Source of the DNA: a virus | Length of the DNA stretch: 64,000 nucleotides | Virus record (IMG/VR): IMGVR_UViG_3300017971_000278 | Location: 1-64,000 of that record | Reading direction: 5' to 3' (one strand) | Shown: positions 50,144 through 59,747 of the stretch, one piece after another | How positions within the stretch are numbered: the first letter of the stretch is position 1 | Layout of the letters: each line of letters starts with the position of its first letter | The notes under the pieces: model-generated | What the model was told of the DNA's origin: nothing | The model's database searches: none | Seen by the model: the letters and a program-made list of their open reading frames with translations, nothing else | Made by a program: the position numbers and the translations under genes

Positions 50144-51016
50144 ATTTTCTTCCTCCTTAAAGTCTCTAAAAGAATAAGCAATATTACTTGGTCGTTCTTC
50201 AGAGGTTTTATTCCAATTGTCCATTGAAATTTTAAATTCTTTGTTTGAGTCTTGGTGTCCAATAGCAATCTGAGTGAGTGGATCGCCATCAAAAACAACA
50301 AGACTTACTTCGTCATAATTATGGACACCTGGAATGATGCCACAAATTACTCCATTGTCATCTTCTTCTCCGTCAGTATATTTGCCGCCAGGAGAGTGAT
50401 CACAAAATCCTTCTTTCGCAAGATTTTGACGACATTCAGAACAATAGGCTTCGCCAGGAGACCTAAAAGAAGTAGACACTGCGTCAAATCTTCCGTCTTG
50501 GATCTGTTCTATTGTTTCTTTGTCATATATAATACCTTTAAGTTTAATATAACCGAGTCCTCTCCAGTTATCCTCAAAAGGTATACCAGATTTTAATAGT
50601 TTTCTAGATGCTTTGATTTGGTCATTGATAGAATTAGAACTATCAAGCAAAGTAAGAACATCTTTGTTGTTAGCTAAACCCTCAGGAATGGTAGATATAT
50701 ATTCTGCACCTATGATAACACCAACAGGATCAGCACTTGAGTCGTGATGTTTTAATATTTTTGCTGGTTTATTGCGTTGTATAAAAGTTTTAGCGCCATC
50801 TTCCATTCGAGACGGAAGATAAAAACGCAAATTGTCATTAAACAAAGCAGAGTGTGTAGCTTCAAAAGTAACTTCTAATCCTTGCCGAACCCGACCTTGC
50901 GAAGAAAGATCATCGCTAGAAGTTTCAATTAAAGAGTCTTTCCATTCTGTGATTTCTTTATCTGTAGGCTTTACAACCTTAAAATAATCTCTAAAGAGAC
51001 TAAGATCTTTAGGCAT
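49049..51016 (-). CDS. Prohead protease-scaffold fusion
   Basis: N-terminal protease-like region (EATHS, KILKHHD..DPVG, DGRFDAVSTS, CSEC...CDH, EVSLV) and acidic coiled-coil C-terminus; between portal and capsid genes. Confidence 0.8.
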   Translation of the reverse strand: MPKDLSLFRDYFKVVKPTDKEITEWKDSLIETSSDDLSSQGRVRQGLEVTFEATHSALFNDNLRFYLPSRMEDGAKTFIQRNKPAKILKHHDSSADPVGVIIGAEYISTIPEGLANNKDVLTLLDSSNSINDQIKASRKLLKSGIPFEDNWRGLGYIKLKGIIYDKETIEQIQDGRFDAVSTSFRSPGEAYCSECRQNLAKEGFCDHSPGGKYTDGEEDDNGVICGIIPGVHNYDEVSLVVFDGDPLTQIAIGHQDSNKEFKISMDNWNKTSEERPSNIAYSFRDFKEEENMADPKVEKPANQEIDSDLICDEMQVELKAMLDEELITSEEWEAADAKLSTEQRKKLSKSTFCGPDRSFPVPDCAHVTAARRLIGRYEGPGNKDEILACVDRKAKALGCDSKKEDKAVVEDPQEDKFELPTCELVGKLNDDETKELFNMAEAEMISRNLKLDRPCGKCAAHEDEAKKNKQALDDSIKQNEELNNQLNVLREELRFQIADYMAQVDKYVELGASLTAAQKDHLALVGVLNGKFESVEIANDSLKDANIEEQKPVIMADFKIEDVMSKMNDGMPNTPDPSETVDDPTDNNDIDNKQLADGLSQSAISAIENIRDFINDDKILNAKRLYGKMVGLKVIDPKIVPFDSLSAKKEDKTAE

Positions 51017-51036
51017 AATTGTACAATCCTCCTATT

Positions 51037-53208
51037 TTATTTAGTTACCTGCATAGTACAAGTACAATGTGGATGCAATGGTGGCAACTCTTCGTAAATT
51101 ATAGCATCAGTAGATTTGTATTTCAAAGCGCCGCCATCACAAATATTACATGGATGGTCACTATTTCTAATAGAACTAATCTCTTCGAAGTTATTTAATC
51201 TATATCCACTACATAGTCCATAGTTATATGCGCGCATTATTTCACTATTGTCAATCATATGAGTTCTGTGTTCTAATGCATCAAAAACCAGACCAACAAA
51301 TACTGCATCTTCGGCTTTTAAATTCTTGTTTTTTGTAGTATGTGATTTTATATTTTTAATTAAATGGTCTCTAAGTTTGTATGTGTATTTTTCAACATGA
51401 TCTTGAATTCTGCCATCAATCTTACTTATGTTTACCTCATAAACAATATGACCAGTCTCTCTTAAGCCAGCCCTGTATGCCTGTTTACATAAACTAAAAA
51501 GCCTGTCTCTTGCTTCTAAGAACGACATATTTATAGAAAGAATAAGGTTATCCAAAGACACCCCATTAGTACGTACAGTATCTACTATATCTGTTTTAAT
51601 ACTTGAATATATAGATCCAAGTGGAGATTGTTGTTTATAGACAAAATCCAGTGCATCTTTGTTAACTTTGGCAGTTGGTCTTTTCCCGTGTTGGTTTGCC
51701 GGTTGGCTTTTATTGCTTATAGAATTACCACCAGAAGATGTATTTTGTTTTGCACGAGAAGCAGATTCTGCTTTTGCAACTTCTGTATGTGGCTCATCAA
51801 CAGCTTGAATAAGAGCTTTGTCTCTTTCTATTAGGCCATAGTTGGTATTTGCCCAGTCGCCATCACCTGCTGTAAACATAGTGCTTTTGTCTTTGCTAGT
51901 TGGCCAACCATCTCCTTGAAAAGGTTCTCTTCCAAGTTCTTGTCTAAGTTCAGAATGCGTAATTGCGTTTTTAAGGAATAAATCTACATAATGATTTTCT
52001 TTAGCTTGTCTAGCCTCAAAATCTATCTCTTTAAATTTAAGGGTAACTTTAAATTCTTTGTCAAACAAAGTAGATTCTGGAAACGAAGACTCAAGTAATA
52101 ACTCTTGTAATACATGAGAGTAAAACTGAGAGCCAAATTCTTTTTGATTAGCCTTTGTGTCGTCAATAAGGTTTCTTGACATTGTTTGAGCAGTAGAACG
52201 ATTAGCTGTTCCACCCTCTCCCATGTCTACAGAAGAAACACCAAGACCAGTAAAAATTCTTTGTTTAAAATGCTCAATTACTTTATCAACAGCAATAGGT
52301 GGAGATGAACCCTGTAGCGGAGTAATAGCGTGTCTTTCTGGAGTCACCCAACAGCCATCAGATGGCATAGCCTGAACAGCAGCTTTTACTATATCAATTT
52401 CACTCTGGCCATCTGAAAACATAGCAGCAGGTGCATCAGATGTACCAACCTGATAATGAAACAAAGGGAAAAGGTGTTGGTATACAAGAAGCTCAACATT
52501 TTCTTCTATTCTGCGCAATGCACGAATATCATCTTTAACAGGGACAACATCTGGAGTTCCAACAGAATAACCTGGACGTTTTTCAAAGTGAAAATGAACA
52601 ACATCTTCTGGCTTGAACTCTTTTGTTACTTTTCCATATACTTCTTGTTGGTACTTATGTATTTTGCCATACTCATCTCTTTTAAACCTTACAGTTTCAG
52701 ACGGCATTAAGAAATATCCAGCAATTGGATTAAGTTTCTTGCCAGACGGAAGCACACGAACTTTTCCACCAGAAGCAGATTGTTTACGTACTTTTACCCA
52801 AAAAGCGTTGTTAGTTCTTATCAAAGAAGCTACAGTATCGGAAATTAACATAGGAAATGGAACACCAGTTGCGTGCTCCATTTGTTGAAATCTTTGTTTA
52901 ATATATCTAATTCTATTAATATCAGAACTAGAAAAAGAATAACCCTCTTTAAGGAATAGGTTCTTTTTTACTTTGAGTGCACGTTTATAATAAGATTCAG
53001 TATCTAAAATACGACCAGTTTCAACTAAGTCCCATTCTGAATTTTCCCATCTTAAAGTAGGTGCTCTTCCTCTTCCAATATTTGAGGTGTATACTTTTGT
53101 TGGTGGCGGCAAAGCCACTGGAATAATAGATCTTTTCTCTGGAACCTTAAAACCATTATTTTCACTCTTGGGAGCGTCCTGGTTTTGTTCAGGTTTGTTG
53201 TTATCCAT
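51037..53208 (-). CDS. Portal protein with C-terminal MuF (SPP1 gp7-like) domain
   Basis: Start moved to ATG 53208 (AGGAG upstream). Portal motifs (NAFWVK, F..EDVVHF, TANRSTA); C-terminal RAYNYG...CNIC...PPLHPHCTC is the MuF signature. Confidence 0.8.
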   Translation of the reverse strand: MDNNKPEQNQDAPKSENNGFKVPEKRSIIPVALPPPTKVYTSNIGRGRAPTLRWENSEWDLVETGRILDTESYYKRALKVKKNLFLKEGYSFSSSDINRIRYIKQRFQQMEHATGVPFPMLISDTVASLIRTNNAFWVKVRKQSASGGKVRVLPSGKKLNPIAGYFLMPSETVRFKRDEYGKIHKYQQEVYGKVTKEFKPEDVVHFHFEKRPGYSVGTPDVVPVKDDIRALRRIEENVELLVYQHLFPLFHYQVGTSDAPAAMFSDGQSEIDIVKAAVQAMPSDGCWVTPERHAITPLQGSSPPIAVDKVIEHFKQRIFTGLGVSSVDMGEGGTANRSTAQTMSRNLIDDTKANQKEFGSQFYSHVLQELLLESSFPESTLFDKEFKVTLKFKEIDFEARQAKENHYVDLFLKNAITHSELRQELGREPFQGDGWPTSKDKSTMFTAGDGDWANTNYGLIERDKALIQAVDEPHTEVAKAESASRAKQNTSSGGNSISNKSQPANQHGKRPTAKVNKDALDFVYKQQSPLGSIYSSIKTDIVDTVRTNGVSLDNLILSINMSFLEARDRLFSLCKQAYRAGLRETGHIVYEVNISKIDGRIQDHVEKYTYKLRDHLIKNIKSHTTKNKNLKAEDAVFVGLVFDALEHRTHMIDNSEIMRAYNYGLCSGYRLNNFEEISSIRNSDHPCNICDGGALKYKSTDAIIYEELPPLHPHCTCTMQVTK

Positions 53209-55186
53209 TACCGCCAGTTCTCCTCTCATATTCAGCTATAAATTCTCTGGCACTTGACAAGTCTTCAGCTGTCATATCTTGCAAACAATTCTTAATAATA
53301 ATACCTGATTCGACAGTTTTTTGCTTAACTTCATTTGTTTTTGCGCTGTTATCAATAGTTCCAATCCCACTATTAATTCCACTGTTACTGTTTTCTTTTG
53401 AGCCAACTGTTTGTTTTGTATCTATTTTCTTATTACCGTTGGGTGGAATAACTCTTATATCACCATTATCTAGTACTTCAAATTGTGTAGCGCTTTGTTT
53501 GTTCATCGTGTCTTCTAGGATAAATTTCATTTGTTGCACATCTAAATTACTATTAGTGCCACACTTTAGGCCATTTTTAGAAATTGCTTTAAGGATAGAT
53601 TTTATTACTAAAATCAACTGAATAATGCGAGACCTAATAACAGAACTATCTGATTTTTTGCTCATCCACCCAAAGTCAGTACCTAAAAGGTCATAGATCA
53701 TTTGAATAGCATAATCAAACCAATCTTGAACATACCTAATAGCACCCTGAGAAATGTTGCGCATCTGAACTATAGAATTAACAAGTGGTTCTGGATCAAA
53801 ATATCTTTTAGCTTCTTTTACAGTGCTTTGTTTTTCTGGAGGATTGTTCTCATTGCCTATAGAAAATTCTTTGCTCCATTTTTCTGATTGTGGAATATCA
53901 TCTTTACTCCACCTTGTGCCGTCACGTGGATTACCACGCTTTAAAGGCGGTGGAACTTTGTTTCTTTTGTTTCTATCTTTTCGTTTAAGATCGGCCCACT
54001 TCTGATCTCTTTGTTCTCTTTCTGCTGTAGATATAGATGGTTTCACAGATTCTTTCATTTCATCAACAGCAAGATCTGTTTCTTCTTCTGGCCACTCTGG
54101 TATTGTTGGATTATATTTTTGACCATCAGGAGTATTGAATCGCTCCATCTCACCATTGGCCCATTGTCTTTCTGTGGGTTCTACGCCAGCGCCAACATCA
54201 CTAGAAAAGTTTTTATGTGTTGGAAGTGCAACACCAATATCTGCTTCTGCAGAAACAGATGCCTGGCTGAATGGGATCTTTGCGTTTTGTGCTAGTATAA
54301 TAACTTCATTAATATGATCTACAACACAAAGCATTGGAGCAATAAGCATTTGTACTAGTTTATCTAACCATTGTGCTAGAGCATCTAAAAATGGGCTTAA
54401 TATTGCGCCGACAAGATTAATAATGAAATCAACATTAAATTTAACATCTAAGTTTAATTTTGCTAGATAATTTGTTAATAGCGCTAACATTGCAAGAAGA
54501 TCTTGTGGACACAATCCAGACAACAAATTCAATAGTTCACAAATATCTAAATACATTCCAGGATCTTTAAAAAGATCACGTATCTGATCTAGGATATCTG
54601 TGCGCATTTTAATATTTAAAAGATGAACCTCTAAAAGATCACCATCTGGAAGCAACCCATCAAGATCCAATAATCTATCAAAACAAGGTATACATTCTGT
54701 AAGAAGCTTTCCTACTTGCTCACCTTTTGTTTTTGCAGATGTGTCAGACCCAAAAATCTTTCTATAGTCAAAATCTTGTTCTCTAGATCGTAATCCATTC
54801 ATAAAAGCGTCTGGATTATCCATAGAGTTATTCCAGAAGTTCAATCTATCATTTGCTTTATTATTGGCTGTTGTGTATGCAGGGTCTTCTTTCTTAACTC
54901 CAGAAGCCTGATGCATACCTGGATAATACCCCATCTGCTCTCTTACTCGTGTAGAAAAATTCCTAGTGGAGTAAACATCTTTATAGTGATAAGCAAGGGC
55001 GTAATCTTCTTCTGCCCAATTGGCAGCTTCTACTTCAAAAGCCCTAACTATTAAAGCATAATCTTGTTGTGCCAACGGATTCTTTTTGTTAACTCTAAGT
55101 TTAACTTTTACTGTTTGACCATCAGAAGAAGCAATAACTTTCTTCTCGTTGGTGCGCACAACATTTTTATCATCAGTAAAACCCAT
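53201..55186 (-). CDS. Hypothetical protein (661 aa) with Cys-containing helical core
   Basis: Long ORF, TAATG-coupled; CIPC and DIC...LCP motifs with amphipathic helices. Confidence 0.7.
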   Translation of the reverse strand: MGFTDDKNVVRTNEKKVIASSDGQTVKVKLRVNKKNPLAQQDYALIVRAFEVEAANWAEEDYALAYHYKDVYSTRNFSTRVREQMGYYPGMHQASGVKKEDPAYTTANNKANDRLNFWNNSMDNPDAFMNGLRSREQDFDYRKIFGSDTSAKTKGEQVGKLLTECIPCFDRLLDLDGLLPDGDLLEVHLLNIKMRTDILDQIRDLFKDPGMYLDICELLNLLSGLCPQDLLAMLALLTNYLAKLNLDVKFNVDFIINLVGAILSPFLDALAQWLDKLVQMLIAPMLCVVDHINEVIILAQNAKIPFSQASVSAEADIGVALPTHKNFSSDVGAGVEPTERQWANGEMERFNTPDGQKYNPTIPEWPEEETDLAVDEMKESVKPSISTAEREQRDQKWADLKRKDRNKRNKVPPPLKRGNPRDGTRWSKDDIPQSEKWSKEFSIGNENNPPEKQSTVKEAKRYFDPEPLVNSIVQMRNISQGAIRYVQDWFDYAIQMIYDLLGTDFGWMSKKSDSSVIRSRIIQLILVIKSILKAISKNGLKCGTNSNLDVQQMKFILEDTMNKQSATQFEVLDNGDIRVIPPNGNKKIDTKQTVGSKENSNSGINSGIGTIDNSAKTNEVKQKTVESGIIIKNCLQDMTAEDLSSAREFIAEYERRTGGNG

Positions 55187-55569
55187 TATTCGGTAGCTTT
55201 CTTAACTGGTTCTGTAAGGCTATCTACTGCTACTCCACCAGCACGTTTTTTAGCTTCTATCTCAGCTTTTAAAACTTGAGATTCAGCATGAGGTGTACTT
55301 CCATTATATGTAGGCTGTACGGTACCCTGTCCATTCCCAGCAGCAGGAGAGGTGGTTGACCCGGTTCCAGCAGGAACGGCAACCTGGACAGCCTGACCTG
55401 GATTAACAGTTACTGAGGTCTGTACTGGTAAGTTACTAGGCAACATCATTTGCTTTGCGTCTTTACGTGTGACAAAATCACCAAGCAACAAAGGAAACAA
55501 TTTATAGTAGCCTATTTCTACCTGATAGGTATCATACGCCTCTTGGTTAATTTCATCTATTACCATCAT
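55186..55569 (-). CDS. Hypothetical protein, possibly virion-associated
   Basis: ORF track 55186..55596; start moved to ATG 55569 with AGGAG 9 nt upstream. Confidence 0.65.
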   Translation of the reverse strand: MMVIDEINQEAYDTYQVEIGYYKLFPLLLGDFVTRKDAKQMMLPSNLPVQTSVTVNPGQAVQVAVPAGTGSTTSPAAGNGQGTVQPTYNGSTPHAESQVLKAEIEAKKRAGGVAVDSLTEPVKKATE

Positions 55570-55966
55570 TATTAGGTTCTCCTGTGTTATTTGCAATTTT
55601 ACCTAATTCTTTAACACATATTTTATACATATCAAAAGTAACTTCTTCGGACCGTATGCCAAATACTCTACCTATTGCTTCTATAACGCTTAAATGTTGC
55701 CCTGTATTAAGAGGTACTTTTACATTTTTACATCTTTCTTCTATTTCACCCTCAAGTACTTTTGAGTCTTCAATTATTTTAGTATAACCATCAACAACTT
55801 CTTTTGCTTTTCTTCTCCTAGTGTCCAAACCCTCTTCTTCTTCGTTGGGAACATTAGACATATAAGGTAATAATACTTCACGTGGATTCTCTGGAACCCA
55901 CTGAACACCAGCATTTTCACTTAATAGATTTTGATCATCTGTATTCAATAATTTTTTAATATCCAT
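55553..55966 (-). CDS. Hypothetical protein
   Basis: ORF track 55553..55996; ATG 55966 lies just after the upstream stop codon. Confidence 0.65.
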   Translation of the reverse strand: MDIKKLLNTDDQNLLSENAGVQWVPENPREVLLPYMSNVPNEEEEGLDTRRRKAKEVVDGYTKIIEDSKVLEGEIEERCKNVKVPLNTGQHLSVIEAIGRVFGIRSEEVTFDMYKICVKELGKIANNTGEPNNDGNR

Positions 55967-55970
55967 TAGA

Positions 55971-56432
55971 TTATACCGCGTTCTCTGTAAACTCAACCTT
56001 AAGAACTATATCGCTTTTGTTTTGTGCTGGGCTATTCGGCGGGCAAGAAATTAAATACCAAAACGGATAATAAGTAGCATTATCACCAGCAACACTAGAT
56101 CCGATGTTATCCATATGAATATGATCTCCCCAGTCAACATCTCCCCATTCAGCATCTGTAGGTTGATCTCCACCTTTATTTATCTTTACGCCCCATCCAG
56201 TTTCTGTGTATCCAACATCACCATAAGGATTAGCATCTACCAAATCAACAGGAGTAATAACAATATTTGAATACCATTTGGTTAAATCATCATTACGCAA
56301 ATACAACGTGACAGTCTTTTCGTCTCCATCTTTACCATCGTGCGTTGTTGTTATGGGATTTGTAGTGTCTCCATCAGCTGTAGCTAATGACATATTTCCA
56401 TCGGAATCTCTAAAATATATTCCCAAGCTCAT
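55971..56432 (-). CDS. Virion structural protein (beta-sandwich-like, 153 aa)
   Basis: GGAGG RBS; Asp/Gly/Thr-rich composition. Confidence 0.6.
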   Translation of the reverse strand: MSLGIYFRDSDGNMSLATADGDTTNPITTTHDGKDGDEKTVTLYLRNDDLTKWYSNIVITPVDLVDANPYGDVGYTETGWGVKINKGGDQPTDAEWGDVDWGDHIHMDNIGSSVAGDNATYYPFWYLISCPPNSPAQNKSDIVLKVEFTENAV

Positions 56433-56441
56433 GTTATCCTC

Positions 56442-58376
56442 CTAGATATTAGAACGTGTAGGTCTATTACTGTGTATTTTTCTTCTGCTTTTTCTACGCT
56501 GTAAATATTCTTTCATTCTCTCTTCTTCTTGGTCAGTGTCCCAACCTAAACGGTTTGTATTCATTCCTAAATGATTATCCACTCTTCTGGCTTGATTTGC
56601 AAGTATATGTTTTTCTAAATCTGTTTGTTCTACTCCACCATCAAGTCTTCTTTCTTCTGGTCTGGATAATCTTTCTTTTCTTTCCTCCGCAGTAGAGGCT
56701 TTTTGGTTTCTCTTTGTACGCGGATCAAGAACTGCACCAACCTGTGTATTGACAACAGTAGCATGTAAGTCACTAAATTCCAACTGAAAAGCAACAATTG
56801 CCAAGTTAAGAGCGTCAAGCCTATGATCCATAACTTTTGGATCTTCAGTGGCATAAACAGGATTACCATTTGGAGAAATACGATCAACAATATAACTTCT
56901 AAGTTGTTTTTCTAATTTGTTGTCATATGATGATATTCTAATTAGGTTTTGTTCAAACAACCTAACAGAGCAGTTAACCATAAAAGGTTTAGCTGGTTTT
57001 TTGGTTTTTTCGTGTGTGATAGGATCTTTGATTTCAAGGGCAGCACCAGCATCATATTTCTTTAATATTCTTAATAAGTTAGCAGTATTTCTATCACCGT
57101 TTTTATGTGTGTGTGTCCATGCTGTTTTTCTAAGTAACTCATAATTAGTGCTTCCGTTGCCAGCATCGATATAAATATAATTGGGCATCCACTTTTTGTT
57201 CATCTCTAAAAGTTTAGAAATACCAGAAAGCTGTGTAAACTCTGACTTTTCAATATGTTGTGATTCAACAACTTGATATGTGTTTGTAAATGGATTAAAC
57301 CCAAGTACTATAATTTCAGTACCATATTTTTCATTCCAATCAGTGCCAATAGTATATTTCCAAGAAGCATTTCTTTTTATTGAGTCATATTCATATTTAA
57401 CAAGCGCACGATCAATATAAGAAGGTTTATAAACACCACCTTCAGATGTTCCCCATTCGGCTAAATATTCATGCTTCCAATCTTCTTCTGTAAACTGTGG
57501 CTTCTCTGCCTCTACTTGTTTCCAATGAGGAAGCACCTTGTAAGTAAAATGAAACTCTTTATATCCAGGACTTTCTTCACAAAGAGTATAATATGGTGTT
57601 TTAAATCCAGTAGGAGTAGAAAACCCACAAAGACTAGTATTTGGTGTTGTATGTAGAATAGGAAAAATACCACCTCGAAGAGCGGTACCATCTACATAAT
57701 CCATTTCCTCCACATAAATATCATCAGCGTCCTGACCTCGACCAGCGAGACCTTCCTTCTTGCCTTTCGCTCCTGCGGGCACACCACGAACACGAGAACC
57801 ATTGCGAATCTTTATTTCATAATAAGGAGCTTTTACGTCTCTTACAACAGAATCTCTTAACATTGGATGTGCAGCAATAAAAGACCTAAGTCTAATAAAT
57901 ATTTCTTCTACGTGAATCTTTTGAGGACCAGTAACAAAAATCTTTTTATCTTTATTAGTAAAAAGCTTATATAGAATTTCAACACACACGCTGTCAGTTT
58001 TTCCTGTCCTTCGACCAATACGCAAAACTTTCCTACGTGAAGTGCAACGTAAAACATTCTCTTGGTACCAGCGTGCAATCCAAGGTATATCACCAGGTAA
58101 CCTAATGAATTGTTTAGCGAATTCTACTTTGTCACGGGTAGCCTTTAACATGTCAAGCTGCTCGTCTGTCATAGTAGCTTCCTCCATAGGAGAAACTAAG
58201 CTCTTTTTAATGCCTTTACAAAGTACCATAAACTTTTCGCCAACAGCCTTACCATCAAAAACAAACTTTTCATATTTTTTTAATTGCGTGCGAACACACT
58301 CGTGACACTGAGGGATTACCTCATCTACATTAAAGGGTAGTTCTAATTTTCTAAGATCTGATAATTCATCAACCAT
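56442..58376 (-). CDS. terL: Terminase large subunit
   Basis: Walker A GRRTGKT, Walker B DIYVEEMD, coupling motif FSTP, RNase H-like nuclease IGTDWN, YIDAG and DHRLDAL. Confidence 0.92.
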   Translation of the reverse strand: MVDELSDLRKLELPFNVDEVIPQCHECVRTQLKKYEKFVFDGKAVGEKFMVLCKGIKKSLVSPMEEATMTDEQLDMLKATRDKVEFAKQFIRLPGDIPWIARWYQENVLRCTSRRKVLRIGRRTGKTDSVCVEILYKLFTNKDKKIFVTGPQKIHVEEIFIRLRSFIAAHPMLRDSVVRDVKAPYYEIKIRNGSRVRGVPAGAKGKKEGLAGRGQDADDIYVEEMDYVDGTALRGGIFPILHTTPNTSLCGFSTPTGFKTPYYTLCEESPGYKEFHFTYKVLPHWKQVEAEKPQFTEEDWKHEYLAEWGTSEGGVYKPSYIDRALVKYEYDSIKRNASWKYTIGTDWNEKYGTEIIVLGFNPFTNTYQVVESQHIEKSEFTQLSGISKLLEMNKKWMPNYIYIDAGNGSTNYELLRKTAWTHTHKNGDRNTANLLRILKKYDAGAALEIKDPITHEKTKKPAKPFMVNCSVRLFEQNLIRISSYDNKLEKQLRSYIVDRISPNGNPVYATEDPKVMDHRLDALNLAIVAFQLEFSDLHATVVNTQVGAVLDPRTKRNQKASTAEERKERLSRPEERRLDGGVEQTDLEKHILANQARRVDNHLGMNTNRLGWDTDQEEERMKEYLQRRKSRRKIHSNRPTRSNI

Positions 58377-58383
58377 AAATCAC

Positions 58384-59178
58384 CTATTGGTGCAACATCA
58401 TACCTTCTTTACCAAGCATAGATCTAGCACTCATCATGCCTCTATTCATTGCTTGTAAAGATTGTTGTCTCATTGTATGTGCACCTTCCGTCATAAATGC
58501 AGTTTGATCTCCAACCCAACCAAGTTGTCTTCTATTTCGTTCGTTTTGTACTGCCTGATCAGCAGTAGCAAATGTTGCATCTGTAGCACCACTAAGTGCA
58601 GCACTACCAGCAAGACCACCACCGAAAAACCCAACTGCTCCACCAATAAGTCCACCTGCTACTGCCCCTACTGGGCCTAAGAAAGCACCAAGAGCAGCAC
58701 CAGCTGCAGCACCAGCTCCAAGTCCTGCCTTACTACCTATTTCAAATCCAACAAGCCCAGCAGCGCCAGAAATCATTGCTTTGCCTTTCTCGTAAGGGCC
58801 ACCAGGTGTTGTAAAGGCAGGGGCCACTACAAATGCGGCACTCATTGCTGGGCCTGCAACTTTACCAAGTTTTCCAAGCATTCCGGCTTTTGCGGCACCT
58901 TGTTCTGCTGATACAAGTGCTTTGGCTATTTTCTTATTGCCAGGATATTGCATTTGCATTTTTCTTAAGTTGGCAATATGTTGTGTGCTTCCAGGTTTAT
59001 GTGTTCTGCGCCAAGGAGACTTTAATGCCTCTCCAGTAGTAGGAGCAAATATAGTTGCAGCGAGCCCGCCTCTAGCGTAACTAGACGAAAAATGTCGCTT
59101 TCCAAAATCTTGTGCCTTATATCTAGGATCAACTAAACCAGAAGGACTTGAGCCAAAATTTTCTTTAAACCATTGCAT
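58384..59178 (-). CDS. Gly-zipper membrane-type protein, possible ejection protein
   Basis: 264 aa with a long GxxxG hydrophobic stretch (GLGAGAAAGAALGAFLGPVGAVAGGLIGGAVGFFGG). Confidence 0.6.
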   Translation of the reverse strand: MQWFKENFGSSPSGLVDPRYKAQDFGKRHFSSSYARGGLAATIFAPTTGEALKSPWRRTHKPGSTQHIANLRKMQMQYPGNKKIAKALVSAEQGAAKAGMLGKLGKVAGPAMSAAFVVAPAFTTPGGPYEKGKAMISGAAGLVGFEIGSKAGLGAGAAAGAALGAFLGPVGAVAGGLIGGAVGFFGGGLAGSAALSGATDATFATADQAVQNERNRRQLGWVGDQTAFMTEGAHTMRQQSLQAMNRGMMSARSMLGKEGMMLHQ

Positions 59179-59180
59179 AA

Positions 59181-59699
59181 TTATTTATTCCTGTTGCTTC
59201 GTAGCATAGAGCCACCTATATATGCAGCAGAACCAGCGCCAATTGCACCCATTGCATATCCACCATATTTATTAACAGCTGCTACGTTATTTCCAATAAA
59301 TCTATTAGTTGCTACCAGTCCAGCACCGACAGCATTACTTGCTCTAAAGATAGAACCTCCACCAACACCACCAGCAGCATATCTTCTTGCTCCCATACGA
59401 GATCCAGCGCTAGCCATTCTAATTCCGGCTCCGGTTGCTTTACGTGCCAAATGAGCAATGCTAGTTCTTTGGTTAGCAGTACGTGCAGTATTTCGAATAC
59501 CGCGACCAGCAGAAACAGTAGCACTGCGAGCAGCAGAAGCACCACGTCTTGCTAGTTTTCCAGCGTAATAACCGCCTACTCCACCAGCAAGAGCACCAGC
59601 TGTGGCACCACCAAGGATATCTCTCATATCCCCGCCTTCCCAGGCTTTATAGGCACCTCCAGCAGTACCACCGATCATCATTCTTCTCATAAAACCCAT
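59181..59699 (-). CDS. Gly/Ala/Arg-rich basic protein with Gly-zipper ends
   Basis: 172 aa; hydrophobic GxxxG segments flank an Arg-rich middle. Confidence 0.6.
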   Translation of the reverse strand: MGFMRRMMIGGTAGGAYKAWEGGDMRDILGGATAGALAGGVGGYYAGKLARRGASAARSATVSAGRGIRNTARTANQRTSIAHLARKATGAGIRMASAGSRMGARRYAAGGVGGGSIFRASNAVGAGLVATNRFIGNNVAAVNKYGGYAMGAIGAGSAAYIGGSMLRSNRNK

Positions 59700-59747
59700 A
59701 TATAAACACCCCTTATTTAAAGATACATATACATATTGTATTATACA

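Noticed and set aside
55553-55555. Possible stop-codon reassignment: TGA ends only one of about 40 genes
   Set aside because: Long genes contain no in-frame TGA or TAG under the standard code, TAG and TAA end genes at tight junctions, and readthrough of this TGA meets TAA two codons later. There is no evidence of recoding.
56442-58376. Intein or intron in terL, portal or capsid genes
   Set aside because: Lengths are ordinary, motifs are contiguous, and no intein splice-junction or LAGLIDADG/HNH motifs are visible.
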